This document shows, in pieces, positions 19,755 to 28,019 of a DNA stretch of 32,000 nt. Positions within the stretch are counted from its first letter, which is position 1; the number at the start of each line of letters is the position of its first letter. Source of the stretch: Prochlorococcus marinus subsp. pastoris str. CCMP1986 (lineage in GTDB: Bacteria; Cyanobacteriota; Cyanobacteriia; PCC-6307; Cyanobiaceae); NCBI RefSeq assembly GCF_000011465.1, contig NC_005072.1, positions 60,001 to 92,000 on the forward strand. Reading direction: 5' to 3'. The notes under the pieces were generated by a model that did not search any database, had not been told where the DNA came from, and saw only the letters and a program-made list of their open reading frames with translations. A program made the translations under genes and the position numbers.

Positions 19755-19770
19755 GTCAGAAGATCCTGAC
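19755..19770. promoter_or_regulatory. Small potential hairpin in the leader of the DUF4912-like gene
   Basis: GTCAG-aagatc-CTGAC, a perfect 5-bp stem with a 6-nt loop in the 263-nt intergenic region. Too short to mean much alone. Confidence 0.25.
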
Positions 19771-19814
19771 GACTGCCTCTAATGTTACCCAAACTGCAAA
19801 AAAAAAGAACATAC

Positions 19815-19860
19815 TGATCCCATGCAATTTATGGAGTTTTAAAAGTGGTTGATGGGATCA
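19815..19860. promoter_or_regulatory. Inverted repeat bracketing the ribosome-binding site and GTG start of the DUF4912-like gene
   Basis: TGATCCCAT (19815-19823) and ATGGGATCA (19852-19860) are perfect 9-bp reverse complements. The 28-nt spacer contains GGAG (19833-19836) and the GTG start (19845). Confidence 0.4.
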
Positions 19861-20951
19861 AGAATAAAGAATATTTACTTAGTCTAACCCTCAGACAATT
19901 GCGACAAGAAGCTAGTAAATTATCTGTCCCTTTATACAGTAGAAAGACAAAAGCTGTACTTATTGAACTAATTGATAAATACCAAAAAAATGCTAATCAA
20001 TCATTTAATAAAACTCCAACTAAAAATATTCCTCTAAAAACCTCTAAACTCGCAACTCAAACAAAAACAGAAGAAGTTAAAACAAAACTAGTATTTTTGC
20101 CCAGAGATCCAGAGTGGGCATATGTATTTTGGCAAATTTCAGAAAGTGATAGAGATAAAGCTCAGTCTTTAGGTGCTAATAAATTATGTCTACGTTTATA
20201 TGATGCCTCAGGTATTGGTGAAGGAAATCTAAATAAAGGCACTTTAAGAGAAATTGCTGTAGATAGTTATAGTACCGAATGGTATTTGCCTATTCCTCTA
20301 GCGGATAGGGACTATAAGGTTGAATTAGGTTACAAATACGGCTTTAAATGGATGTCATTAGCTTTTTCCTCTGTTAGCTATGTACCAGGTACTCAGCCTT
20401 CAGAGCAGATTTTAGATAAATTTGTTCCTTTTAACTTAGAAAATCCTGCATCACTTGAGCCTCCTTCGATTATACAAAACCCAAAGGTACAAGAAAATAA
20501 TGGTTTGCATGAGCGCTTATACCAGGCAGCAACAAGTTTTCCTATAAGAAGAAAAATAGGTTCTGAAGAATTTATGGAAAACATGAATTCAAATAATTTA
20601 AACTCAAATCTCACCGATTCTGGTGCAGGGCAATGGTCTTCAGGCTTAAACGAATCTGGTAGTGGAATAGTTAAAAATAAATCCTTTTGGTTAGTTGCTG
20701 ATTCGGAATTAATTGTTTATGGAGCAACAGATCCATCCGCCAAATTAACTATTGGTGAAGAAGAAGTTCCTTTGGCTGCTGACGGTACTTTTAGGCTTCA
20801 AGTTCCTTTTAGGGATGGCTCGCAAAAATACGAAATTAAGGCTACGGATGCTTCTGGTGACCAAGAAAAAAGTATTACAATGAAATTTGATAGAGTTACT
20901 CCCCTTGACGATACAAATGAAAAAGATAATGCTGAGACAAAATGGTTTTAA
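19845..20951 (+). CDS. DUF4912-like protein with an N-terminal Rho-N/SAP-like motif
   Basis: LTLRQLRQEASKLSVPLYSRKTKAVLIELIDKYQ at the N-terminus, then FLPRDPEWAYVFWQISESDRD and RLYDASGIG. C-terminal beta-rich part SFWLVADSELIVYGATDPSAKLTIGEEEVPLAADGTFRLQVPFRDGSQKYEIKA. Confidence 0.8.
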   Translation: MVDGIKNKEYLLSLTLRQLRQEASKLSVPLYSRKTKAVLIELIDKYQKNANQSFNKTPTKNIPLKTSKLATQTKTEEVKTKLVFLPRDPEWAYVFWQISESDRDKAQSLGANKLCLRLYDASGIGEGNLNKGTLREIAVDSYSTEWYLPIPLADRDYKVELGYKYGFKWMSLAFSSVSYVPGTQPSEQILDKFVPFNLENPASLEPPSIIQNPKVQENNGLHERLYQAATSFPIRRKIGSEEFMENMNSNNLNSNLTDSGAGQWSSGLNESGSGIVKNKSFWLVADSELIVYGATDPSAKLTIGEEEVPLAADGTFRLQVPFRDGSQKYEIKATDASGDQEKSITMKFDRVTPLDDTNEKDNAETKWF

Positions 20952-20966
20952 ATAAATAAAATACTA

Positions 20967-21137
20967 ATGCTAAAAAAAATTGTTGCTTTTACACCTTTAT
21001 TTGGAGCTGTGACTTTTCCTTTGATAGTTCCTATTACTATTTCTAAGTTTGGAGTAAATTATGGAATTCTAAGTGCATTAGTTATTTCCTCCTTATGGTT
21101 TATCGCTATGTTAAGAACATCCGAAATGCCACATTAA
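20967..21137 (+). CDS. Small 56-aa membrane protein, absent from the supplied ORF track
   Basis: Translated by hand: MLKKIVAFTPLFGAVTFPLIVPITISKFGVNYGILSALVISSLWFIAMLRTSEMPH*. Two hydrophobic segments, 15 nt after the DUF4912-like stop and 33 nt before pgm. Confidence 0.65.
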   Translation: MLKKIVAFTPLFGAVTFPLIVPITISKFGVNYGILSALVISSLWFIAMLRTSEMPH

Positions 21138-21170
21138 TTTAGTTAGATTTTTCTAAGTTTTATATAAATC

Positions 21171-22808
21171 ATGACTGAAGTTAATGTTATTAATATAAAA
21201 AATCCTTTTCTAGATCAGAAACCAGGTACTTCTGGGTTAAGAAAAAGCACTTTAAAATTTAAAGAAGAGCATTACTTGGAAATATTTATAGAGGCAATTT
21301 TTAAATCACTTAATAATTTGAGCGGATCAACTTTGGTTGTTGGTGGGGATGGTAGATATGGAAATATCGAAGCAATCGAGAAGATTATTCAAATATGTGT
21401 AGCTCATAAAGTTGGAAAAGTTATTATTCCAAAAAACGGTTTATTATCAACACCTGCGACATCTCATTTGATTAGAAAAGAGGAGGCTATTGGAGGAATT
21501 ATTCTTTCAGCAAGTCATAATCCTGGTGGTATTGACGGGGATTTCGGAGTGAAATTAAATACTGCGAATGGTGGACCTGCTCCTGAGTCAATTACAGATC
21601 AAATATTCCAATGTTCTCAATCACTTAAGAGTTACAAAATTAGTAATATTAAAATTCCAGACTTAGATAAGTTTGGTGTATTCTCACTTGGAGAAACTTC
21701 ATTAGAAATAATTGATGGATTAAAGGATTATTCAGATTTAATGGAGAATATTTTTGATTTTGATCAAATAAGTGATTTTCTTAAAAATGATTTCTCTTTA
21801 ATTTTTGATGCAATGAATGCAGTTACTGGTCCATATGCAAAAAATATTTTTGTTGAAAAAATGGGTCTTGTAGATGCTTGTGTAATGAATGGCACACCCC
21901 TCGAGGATTTTGGAGGTTTACATCCTGATCCAAATCTTACTTATGCGTCTAAATTGGCAGATTTGTTATTAGTTCAAAAAGCCTATAGTTTTGGAGCTGC
22001 ATGTGATGGTGATGGTGATAGAAATATGATCTTAGGTCAGGGATGTTTTGTAAATCCAAGTGATAGTTTGGCAGTTATTACTGCTAATACAAATTGTGTA
22101 CCTGGATATAAAGATGGTATTGCTGGTGTTGCCCGATCTATGCCCACGAGTTCAGCAGTAGACTTTGTTGCACGTGCTTTAAATATTCCTTGTTTTGAAA
22201 CACCAACTGGATGGAAATTTTTTGGAAACCTTTTAGATTCTAATTTAATAACAATTTGTGGAGAGGAAAGCTTCGGAACTGGTAGTAATCATGTAAGAGA
22301 AAAAGATGGCTTATGGGCAGTTTTATATTGGTTACAAATTTTAGCTGTGAAAAATTGTTCAGTAAGTGAATTAATTCAAAACCACTGGAAACAATACGGA
22401 AGAAATTATTATTCAAGACATGATTATGAGGCTATTCCCTCTACTATTGCAAATCAAATATTCAATAATTTATCTTCTATGCTTCCAAGTTTAAAAGACA
22501 ATAAGTTTGCTGGAAATCTTGTAAAACAAGCTGACAACTTCTCATATTTAGATCCAGTAGATAATTCAGTTAGTAAAAATCAAGGATTAAGAATTATACT
22601 TGAGGATAATTCCAGAGTAATCATACGTTTATCAGGTACTGGTACCAAAGGTTCAACTTTAAGATTATATTTTGAAAAATTTGCCAATTCTCAACATAAT
22701 TTAGATTTAAATCCTCAAATAGCTCTAAAAGATTTAATTAACGATTTAGATCATTTATTAAATATTTCAAAACTTACCAAAATGGAAAAACCTACCGTTA
22801 TTACATAA
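21171..22808 (+). CDS. pgm: Alpha-D-phosphohexomutase, phosphoglucomutase type
   Basis: Catalytic loop GIILSASHNPGG, metal-binding GAACDGDGDRNM, sugar-binding loop CGEESFGTGSNHVREKDGLW, phosphate-binding RLSGTGTKGSTLR. Confidence 0.95.
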   Translation: MTEVNVINIKNPFLDQKPGTSGLRKSTLKFKEEHYLEIFIEAIFKSLNNLSGSTLVVGGDGRYGNIEAIEKIIQICVAHKVGKVIIPKNGLLSTPATSHLIRKEEAIGGIILSASHNPGGIDGDFGVKLNTANGGPAPESITDQIFQCSQSLKSYKISNIKIPDLDKFGVFSLGETSLEIIDGLKDYSDLMENIFDFDQISDFLKNDFSLIFDAMNAVTGPYAKNIFVEKMGLVDACVMNGTPLEDFGGLHPDPNLTYASKLADLLLVQKAYSFGAACDGDGDRNMILGQGCFVNPSDSLAVITANTNCVPGYKDGIAGVARSMPTSSAVDFVARALNIPCFETPTGWKFFGNLLDSNLITICGEESFGTGSNHVREKDGLWAVLYWLQILAVKNCSVSELIQNHWKQYGRNYYSRHDYEAIPSTIANQIFNNLSSMLPSLKDNKFAGNLVKQADNFSYLDPVDNSVSKNQGLRIILEDNSRVIIRLSGTGTKGSTLRLYFEKFANSQHNLDLNPQIALKDLINDLDHLLNISKLTKMEKPTVIT

Positions 22809-22843
22809 TTTTCAAAAATGATTTATTCGTTAGATTAAAAAAC

Positions 22844-24133
22844 ATGGAGTCAGATAATTTATTTAGCAATACTTATCGAATAGAAAGTAACGCGCCATTA
22901 GCGGATAAATTAAGACCAAAAAATTTAGATGACTTTTTCGGTCAGGAATCCATTTTAGGACATGATTCTTTATTAAGAAATGCAATTTTGAATGATAAGG
23001 TAGGAAATATTATTTTTTCTGGACCGCCTGGTGTAGGTAAAACAACTTTAATTGAGATTATATCTTCTAATACTCGTTCTTCATTAATAAAGTTAAACGC
23101 TGTTTTGTCTAGTATTAAGGAGTTAAGAACTGAGATTGCTAATGCGAAGGAAAGATTACGTAGTTCTAATAGGAAAACAATTTTATTTATTGATGAGGTA
23201 CATAGATTCACCTCAGTTCAACAAGATGCTTTGTTGCCCTCAATTGAAAATGGCACCATTACTTTTATTGGCGCTACAACAGAAAACCCTTTCTTTGCCG
23301 TAAATAAAGCTCTAATAAGTAGAGCTCGTATTTTCTCATTACTTCCTTTGAATAAGAATGATTTGAAGAAAATAATTGATAAAGTAATAAAGTATTACTC
23401 CTGCCTTAAAGATTCCAAGGTTGTTGAAATAAAAGAAGAGGCAATTAATCATTTAATAAAATTTTCTGGAGGCGATGCGAGGAATCTCATAAACGCTTTA
23501 GAGTTAGGTATTAGTATTACCAAGGAAAATAAAGAAAACTTGGTTGTTATTGATCTCGCAATTGCTGAAGATTCAATCCAAAAGAAAAATATTGTATATG
23601 ACAAAAATGGACAAAATCATTTTGATGTTATTAGTGCATTTATAAAATCTATTAGGGGTTCAGACCCAGATGCGACTTTATATTGGCTTGCCAATATGGT
23701 AGAAGCTGGTGAAGATCCAAATTTTATTTTTAGAAGACTTTTGATTTCCGCTTGTGAGGATATAGGTCTTGCAGATCCCAATGCAATAGTTGTTGTGCAA
23801 TCATGTTGTGATGCTTTTGATCGAGTCGGTTTTCCTGAAGGATTATTTTTTCTTTCACAAGCCTCTTTATACTTAGCAATTTCTCCAAAGAGTAATAGTA
23901 CTAAATCAATTTTTAAAGCGCTAGAAGCAATTAAGGCTACTAACGTATCGTTAGTTCCCAATCATCTGAAAAATAATGCTAGTAATTACTTGAATCCACA
24001 TAATTATCAAGGGAAGTGGTTGCAACAAGAATATCTGCCAACAGATTTACAAGGAATTAAGTTTTGGAAACCAAAAGATTCTGGATGGGAAAAAAATAAA
24101 TATGAAGATTTACCTAAAAAACAAAAAAGTTAG
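22844..24133 (+). CDS. rarA: Replication-associated recombination AAA+ ATPase (RarA/MgsA family)
   Basis: ADKLRPKNLDDFFGQESILG, Walker A FSGPPGVGKTTLIEI, Walker B ILFIDEVHRF, FIGATTENPFFAVNKALISRARIF, and SIRGSDPDATLYWLANMVEAGEDPNFIFRRLLISACEDIGLADP. Confidence 0.96.
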   Translation: MESDNLFSNTYRIESNAPLADKLRPKNLDDFFGQESILGHDSLLRNAILNDKVGNIIFSGPPGVGKTTLIEIISSNTRSSLIKLNAVLSSIKELRTEIANAKERLRSSNRKTILFIDEVHRFTSVQQDALLPSIENGTITFIGATTENPFFAVNKALISRARIFSLLPLNKNDLKKIIDKVIKYYSCLKDSKVVEIKEEAINHLIKFSGGDARNLINALELGISITKENKENLVVIDLAIAEDSIQKKNIVYDKNGQNHFDVISAFIKSIRGSDPDATLYWLANMVEAGEDPNFIFRRLLISACEDIGLADPNAIVVVQSCCDAFDRVGFPEGLFFLSQASLYLAISPKSNSTKSIFKALEAIKATNVSLVPNHLKNNASNYLNPHNYQGKWLQQEYLPTDLQGIKFWKPKDSGWEKNKYEDLPKKQKS

Positions 24134-24786
24134 ACCATTTTTGAGCTGCAAATAATATTAGGTATAAAGTGAGAAGTATCTTTATAAGCTAAAGAGATAG
24201 TCCATTTATATAAGTTAATTTGGGTAAATTTTAACTTCAGTTTCTTTTTATTATGAAATAAGATTTTGTCATTTTCAGAATATTGCCATTCCTTTATGTC
24301 TTCAGCTAACTTCCCATGATCCCATTTTATGGCGGCCTCAACTGCACACCATTGATTTAAGATGGTTTTTCTATATGATTCGCTCGTAGTATTTAAACTA
24401 TTTGATTTGAAGAAATATTTTTTCGCTAATTTTTCATAATTGAAATTTCTATCAAGTCTCTCAATATCAATCCCAATTTTTCTTTCATGCCAAACTAATA
24501 TAATTGCATCATTGCAATGACTAAAACTACAATACCCCATCCCTTTTGGTAATTCAGGAGGTTCTCCTGGATTTGCAATTATGGGTACCTCTAATGGATT
24601 TAAATTAAAAAGATTTCCTAAACATTGTCTTATATAAGCTCTGCTTTCTAAAAAAATATTTGCTCGATGTCTAGAAAGCTTATTTGCGATTTCAAGTTCA
24701 TTCAGTGTTGCGACATCTTGTACACCTTTTATCTCATGAAACCAGATTTTTGGTATTTTATATTCATAGTTATTTAATAATGTCAA
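24130..24786 (-). CDS. 4'-phosphopantetheinyl transferase (Sfp/HetI-like)
   Basis: FSHCNDAIILVWHERKIGIDIERLDR and NQWCAVEAAIKWDHGKLAEDI match the conserved GIDIE and W-x-x-x-E-A-x-x-K regions. TTG start at 24786. Confidence 0.85.
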   Translation of the reverse strand: MTLLNNYEYKIPKIWFHEIKGVQDVATLNELEIANKLSRHRANIFLESRAYIRQCLGNLFNLNPLEVPIIANPGEPPELPKGMGYCSFSHCNDAIILVWHERKIGIDIERLDRNFNYEKLAKKYFFKSNSLNTTSESYRKTILNQWCAVEAAIKWDHGKLAEDIKEWQYSENDKILFHNKKKLKLKFTQINLYKWTISLAYKDTSHFIPNIICSSKMV

Positions 24787-25253
24787 TGGCTCTTAAGGTT
24801 GGTGATAAAGCACCAGAATTTAATTTAAAAGACTCTTTTGAAAAAGATGTATCTTTAAAAGATTTTAAAGGTAAAAGAATAATACTATATTTTTATCCAA
24901 AAGATAATACTCCAGGATGTACTAAAGAGGCTTGTAATTTTAAAGAAAATTGGGATTTACTTAAGCAAAATAACTTTGTAGTTCTGGGAATTAGTAAAGA
25001 TAGCGCTGCTTCACATCAGAAATTCATTGAAAAATTTGACTTACCTTTTGTTCTCTTGACTGACCCTGAACCTTATAAAACCTCTTCTGATTATGATAGT
25101 TATGGCCTTAAAAAATTTATGGGCAAGGAATATATGGGAATGATGAGAAATACTTTTTTAATTGATGTTGATGGTAAAGTCGAAAAAATTTATCTTAAGG
25201 TTAAAGCAGCTATTATGGCAGACCATATTATTTCAGATTTAGGATTAAGGTAA
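24786..25253 (+). CDS. bcp: Thioredoxin-dependent thiol peroxidase / peroxiredoxin Q
   Basis: MALKVGDKAPEFNLKDSFEKDVSLKDFKGKRIILYFYPKDNTPGCTKEACNF. The track start at 24684 runs through unrelated residues; the real start is 24786 or 24780. Confidence 0.95.
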   Translation: MALKVGDKAPEFNLKDSFEKDVSLKDFKGKRIILYFYPKDNTPGCTKEACNFKENWDLLKQNNFVVLGISKDSAASHQKFIEKFDLPFVLLTDPEPYKTSSDYDSYGLKKFMGKEYMGMMRNTFLIDVDGKVEKIYLKVKAAIMADHIISDLGLR

Positions 25254-25258
25254 TTATT

Positions 25259-25939
25259 CTAATGATTGAAGTGTGTGATCATCCCTTGCATAACTAAATT
25301 CGGGGAGATAATAATTTCTTCTTTCTTTTGCTTTAATAGACTACCAATTAATTCAGAGTCGCCTCCGCACACAATCAAAATATCCTTAGCAGGGTTAAAT
25401 GATAAATTAATCACACCCATGAGAGAGTTAGATACTCCCTTTAACATTGAATCTTCTGTATTAATTAGAAAATCTTGAACAGGAATATCATATTTTTTTG
25501 GAGCTTTAAGATTATCGGTATATTTCTCCATAGATCTTAGCTGTGTCAGGAAACCAGGTGTTATTTGCCCACCGATAATAGAGCCTTTTGCAGTTAACTT
25601 CGTAATAGATAAAGTTGTTCCAAAATCTGCTACTAATAGATCTTTTCTGGATGGGTTCTCTATTATTTTTAAAGCTTCCAAACAACCAAGAGCTCTATCA
25701 ACCCCAAAATGATTCGGAAGGTTTTTTAATTTAATATCTTGAGTTGAGATCCTATTTTCTTGCTTAAGAGACAAATCTGGTAATTTACCTACTGATGCCC
25801 AAATTAAATTATTTAAATTGATATTTTGAGGCACATTATTATTTTTTTGTGTGTGAAAAAACTTATACTTTGATTGTAAATTTTCTGCCCAGTGAAGCCT
25901 GCTATTGCCAACTAAAAGGAAATTAATATCATCAATCAT
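25259..25939 (-). CDS. coaX: Type III pantothenate kinase-like protein
   Basis: FLLVGNSRLHW, FGVDRALGCLEALK, LLVADFGTTLSITKLTAKGSIIGGQITPGFLTQLRSM, and late GGDSELI. Confidence 0.85.
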   Translation of the reverse strand: MIDDINFLLVGNSRLHWAENLQSKYKFFHTQKNNNVPQNINLNNLIWASVGKLPDLSLKQENRISTQDIKLKNLPNHFGVDRALGCLEALKIIENPSRKDLLVADFGTTLSITKLTAKGSIIGGQITPGFLTQLRSMEKYTDNLKAPKKYDIPVQDFLINTEDSMLKGVSNSLMGVINLSFNPAKDILIVCGGDSELIGSLLKQKKEEIIISPNLVMQGMITHFNH

Positions 25940-25957
25940 AGGCCCTAAAAGAAAAAT

Positions 25958-26686
25958 TTAATTTTCAGTATGAATTCCACATTCTTGCTTCATTCCGCCA
26001 AATCTTGTTGTCCTGCCTTCTTTATCAACACTTTCAGGAGAACTGGAATGCCAATCTCCAACAGTTGAATAACCTTTTGAGAAAAGTGGGTGTGACGGTA
26101 ATTGATTTTCTTTCATGTAATAAAAAATATCTTTGTTTTTCCAGTTGAGTAAGGGCCTTAAAGAAAGTCGTTTGCGAATTACGTCAACAAAATTCATTTT
26201 ATTCCTATTTTTCGTTTGCTCCGATCTAACACCGCTAGCCCAGCAGAATATGTCGTGTTTATCTAAAGCATTTTCTAAAGGTTTGATTTTTCTTATGTCA
26301 TGGTATTTATCTAAATCACTAGATTTATTAGTTTCCCAAAGTTTTCCATAAAGGGATTCCATTCTTGCTGGAGATAGTTCACTTTGTAAAACCTCAATTT
26401 CTAAAGATAAATCATTAATTAGTCTCTCTGCATATTTATAAGTCTCTGAGGGTAAGTAACCTGTATCTATCCAGAAAATCTTAATTTTTTTTTGTAGTGA
26501 GTGCTGATGCACCATATGTAAAATAACTGATGATTGTATACCAAAGCTTGTTGTAATAGCGAATTGATTACCAAAGTTTTTATAACCCCATAATATTATT
26601 TCTTTGGGGGTCATATCTTTTAATTTTTTATTATGCCCTTCTAAATTAAGTTGAATACTTTCTAGCGTTTTCTTAATCATTATCAA
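25958..26686 (-). CDS. cysH: Phosphoadenylyl-sulfate (PAPS) reductase
   Basis: ITTSFGIQSSVILHMVHQ, FWIDTGYLPSETYKYAERL, KQECGIH C-terminal catalytic motif. No CC...C-x-x-C iron-sulfur motif, which favours the PAPS-specific type. Confidence 0.92.
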   Translation of the reverse strand: MIMIKKTLESIQLNLEGHNKKLKDMTPKEIILWGYKNFGNQFAITTSFGIQSSVILHMVHQHSLQKKIKIFWIDTGYLPSETYKYAERLINDLSLEIEVLQSELSPARMESLYGKLWETNKSSDLDKYHDIRKIKPLENALDKHDIFCWASGVRSEQTKNRNKMNFVDVIRKRLSLRPLLNWKNKDIFYYMKENQLPSHPLFSKGYSTVGDWHSSSPESVDKEGRTTRFGGMKQECGIHTEN

Positions 26687-26775
26687 AGGTAGTTAGGGAT
26701 TAGAGTTTATTTCGCTCAGTTTGAGTATTATTCGTTTAATTTAATAATACATTTAGGTTTAACTATATATCCTTC

Positions 26776-27960
26776 ATGAAATCAATAAAAAAACCAATAG
26801 TAATAGTTGGAGCAGGCTTTGGAGGTATGACAGTTGCTTCAAACTTAAAAGAACTTAATCCTTCTTTGCCGATCCTAGTCGTTGATTCTGAAGCAAAGTT
26901 TATATTTAAACCTTTAATGTATGAAGTTTTAAGCGAAGAATTATCAATGTGGGAGACTGCTCCTGAATTTTCAAATATATTTTCAAATTTAGGTATTACA
27001 TTTCTAAGAAATTGTTTAACTAAAATTAGATTTGATGAAAAGATTCTCGAATTTAGTGATGATTTAAATATAGGTTATGAATGTTTGATTCTTTGTACAG
27101 GATCCTTATCTAGTAATTTTTCAGTTAGAGGAGTAGATGAAAATTGTTATTTTTTCAATAATTTAAATGATCTTAAAAAATTAAAGTCGTTTTTACAAAA
27201 GTTTCAGAATGACAAAATTAAGAAAAACTTATTTGTAATTGGAGCTGGTCCTTCTGGGGTAGAGATCGCATGCAAAATTAATGATATATATAAAAATAAA
27301 TTTGATATAAGTATTGTTGAAAGGTCTAATGAAATTTTAGGTCGAAATAAGATTTTTAATCGAGAAGAAGCCGAGAAAGCTTTAGAAAAAAGAAAAATAA
27401 ATGTTCTTTTAAATTCAACTGTTCAAGAAATTTCTGACCAAAAAATTAGTATTTTGGATGGTTCTGAGATTAAAGACTTAGATCAAGATATTGTGATCTG
27501 GACTGCTGGGGTCAAACCTAACCTTCCATACATTGACGCACAAGTCACACAAAAAGATGGAAGAATTCTCGTGAATGAAAATTTTCAGATAGATAATTGT
27601 GTAAACTCTTTTGCTATTGGAGATATTTCAATTATTAAAGGTATGGAGGATTTGCCTTTGACCGCTCAAGTTGCAATGCAACAAGGAAATCATCTTGCTA
27701 AAAATATCGAATTACTCTTTCAAGAAAAAGAGCTTTTGCCTTTTAATTTTGAGGACAATGGTGAAATGATTAGTTTAGGAATTGGTGAAGCATCCATCTC
27801 TGCTTTAGGTGTAACTTTATCGGGTAAATTTGCATTTGAAGCAAGAAGATTGATTTATGCTTCAAAAATGCCTGATATTAGTAAAAGCTTAAAATCTACG
27901 GCTTCTTGGTTATTTCAAAAAAAATCTACTATAAATAACTTTATTAATAAAAAACCATAA
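26776..27960 (+). CDS. Type II NADH dehydrogenase (NDH-2) / NAD(P)H-quinone oxidoreductase-like flavoprotein
   Basis: IVIVGAGFGGMTVASNL (FAD Rossmann), LFVIGAGPSGVEIACKI (NAD Rossmann), SFAIGDIS, LPLTAQVAMQQG. Confidence 0.9.
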   Translation: MKSIKKPIVIVGAGFGGMTVASNLKELNPSLPILVVDSEAKFIFKPLMYEVLSEELSMWETAPEFSNIFSNLGITFLRNCLTKIRFDEKILEFSDDLNIGYECLILCTGSLSSNFSVRGVDENCYFFNNLNDLKKLKSFLQKFQNDKIKKNLFVIGAGPSGVEIACKINDIYKNKFDISIVERSNEILGRNKIFNREEAEKALEKRKINVLLNSTVQEISDQKISILDGSEIKDLDQDIVIWTAGVKPNLPYIDAQVTQKDGRILVNENFQIDNCVNSFAIGDISIIKGMEDLPLTAQVAMQQGNHLAKNIELLFQEKELLPFNFEDNGEMISLGIGEASISALGVTLSGKFAFEARRLIYASKMPDISKSLKSTASWLFQKKSTINNFINKKP

Positions 27961-28019
27961 ATAAGCTTAAACTTTTGTGGCCTATTGTTTATAGGTATAT
28001 TGAGTTAAATAAGTTTGAT

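Noticed and set aside
23617-23961. 114-aa minus-strand ORF inside rarA (also 22942-23211)
   Set aside because: Antisense to conserved AAA+ sequence; no independent support.
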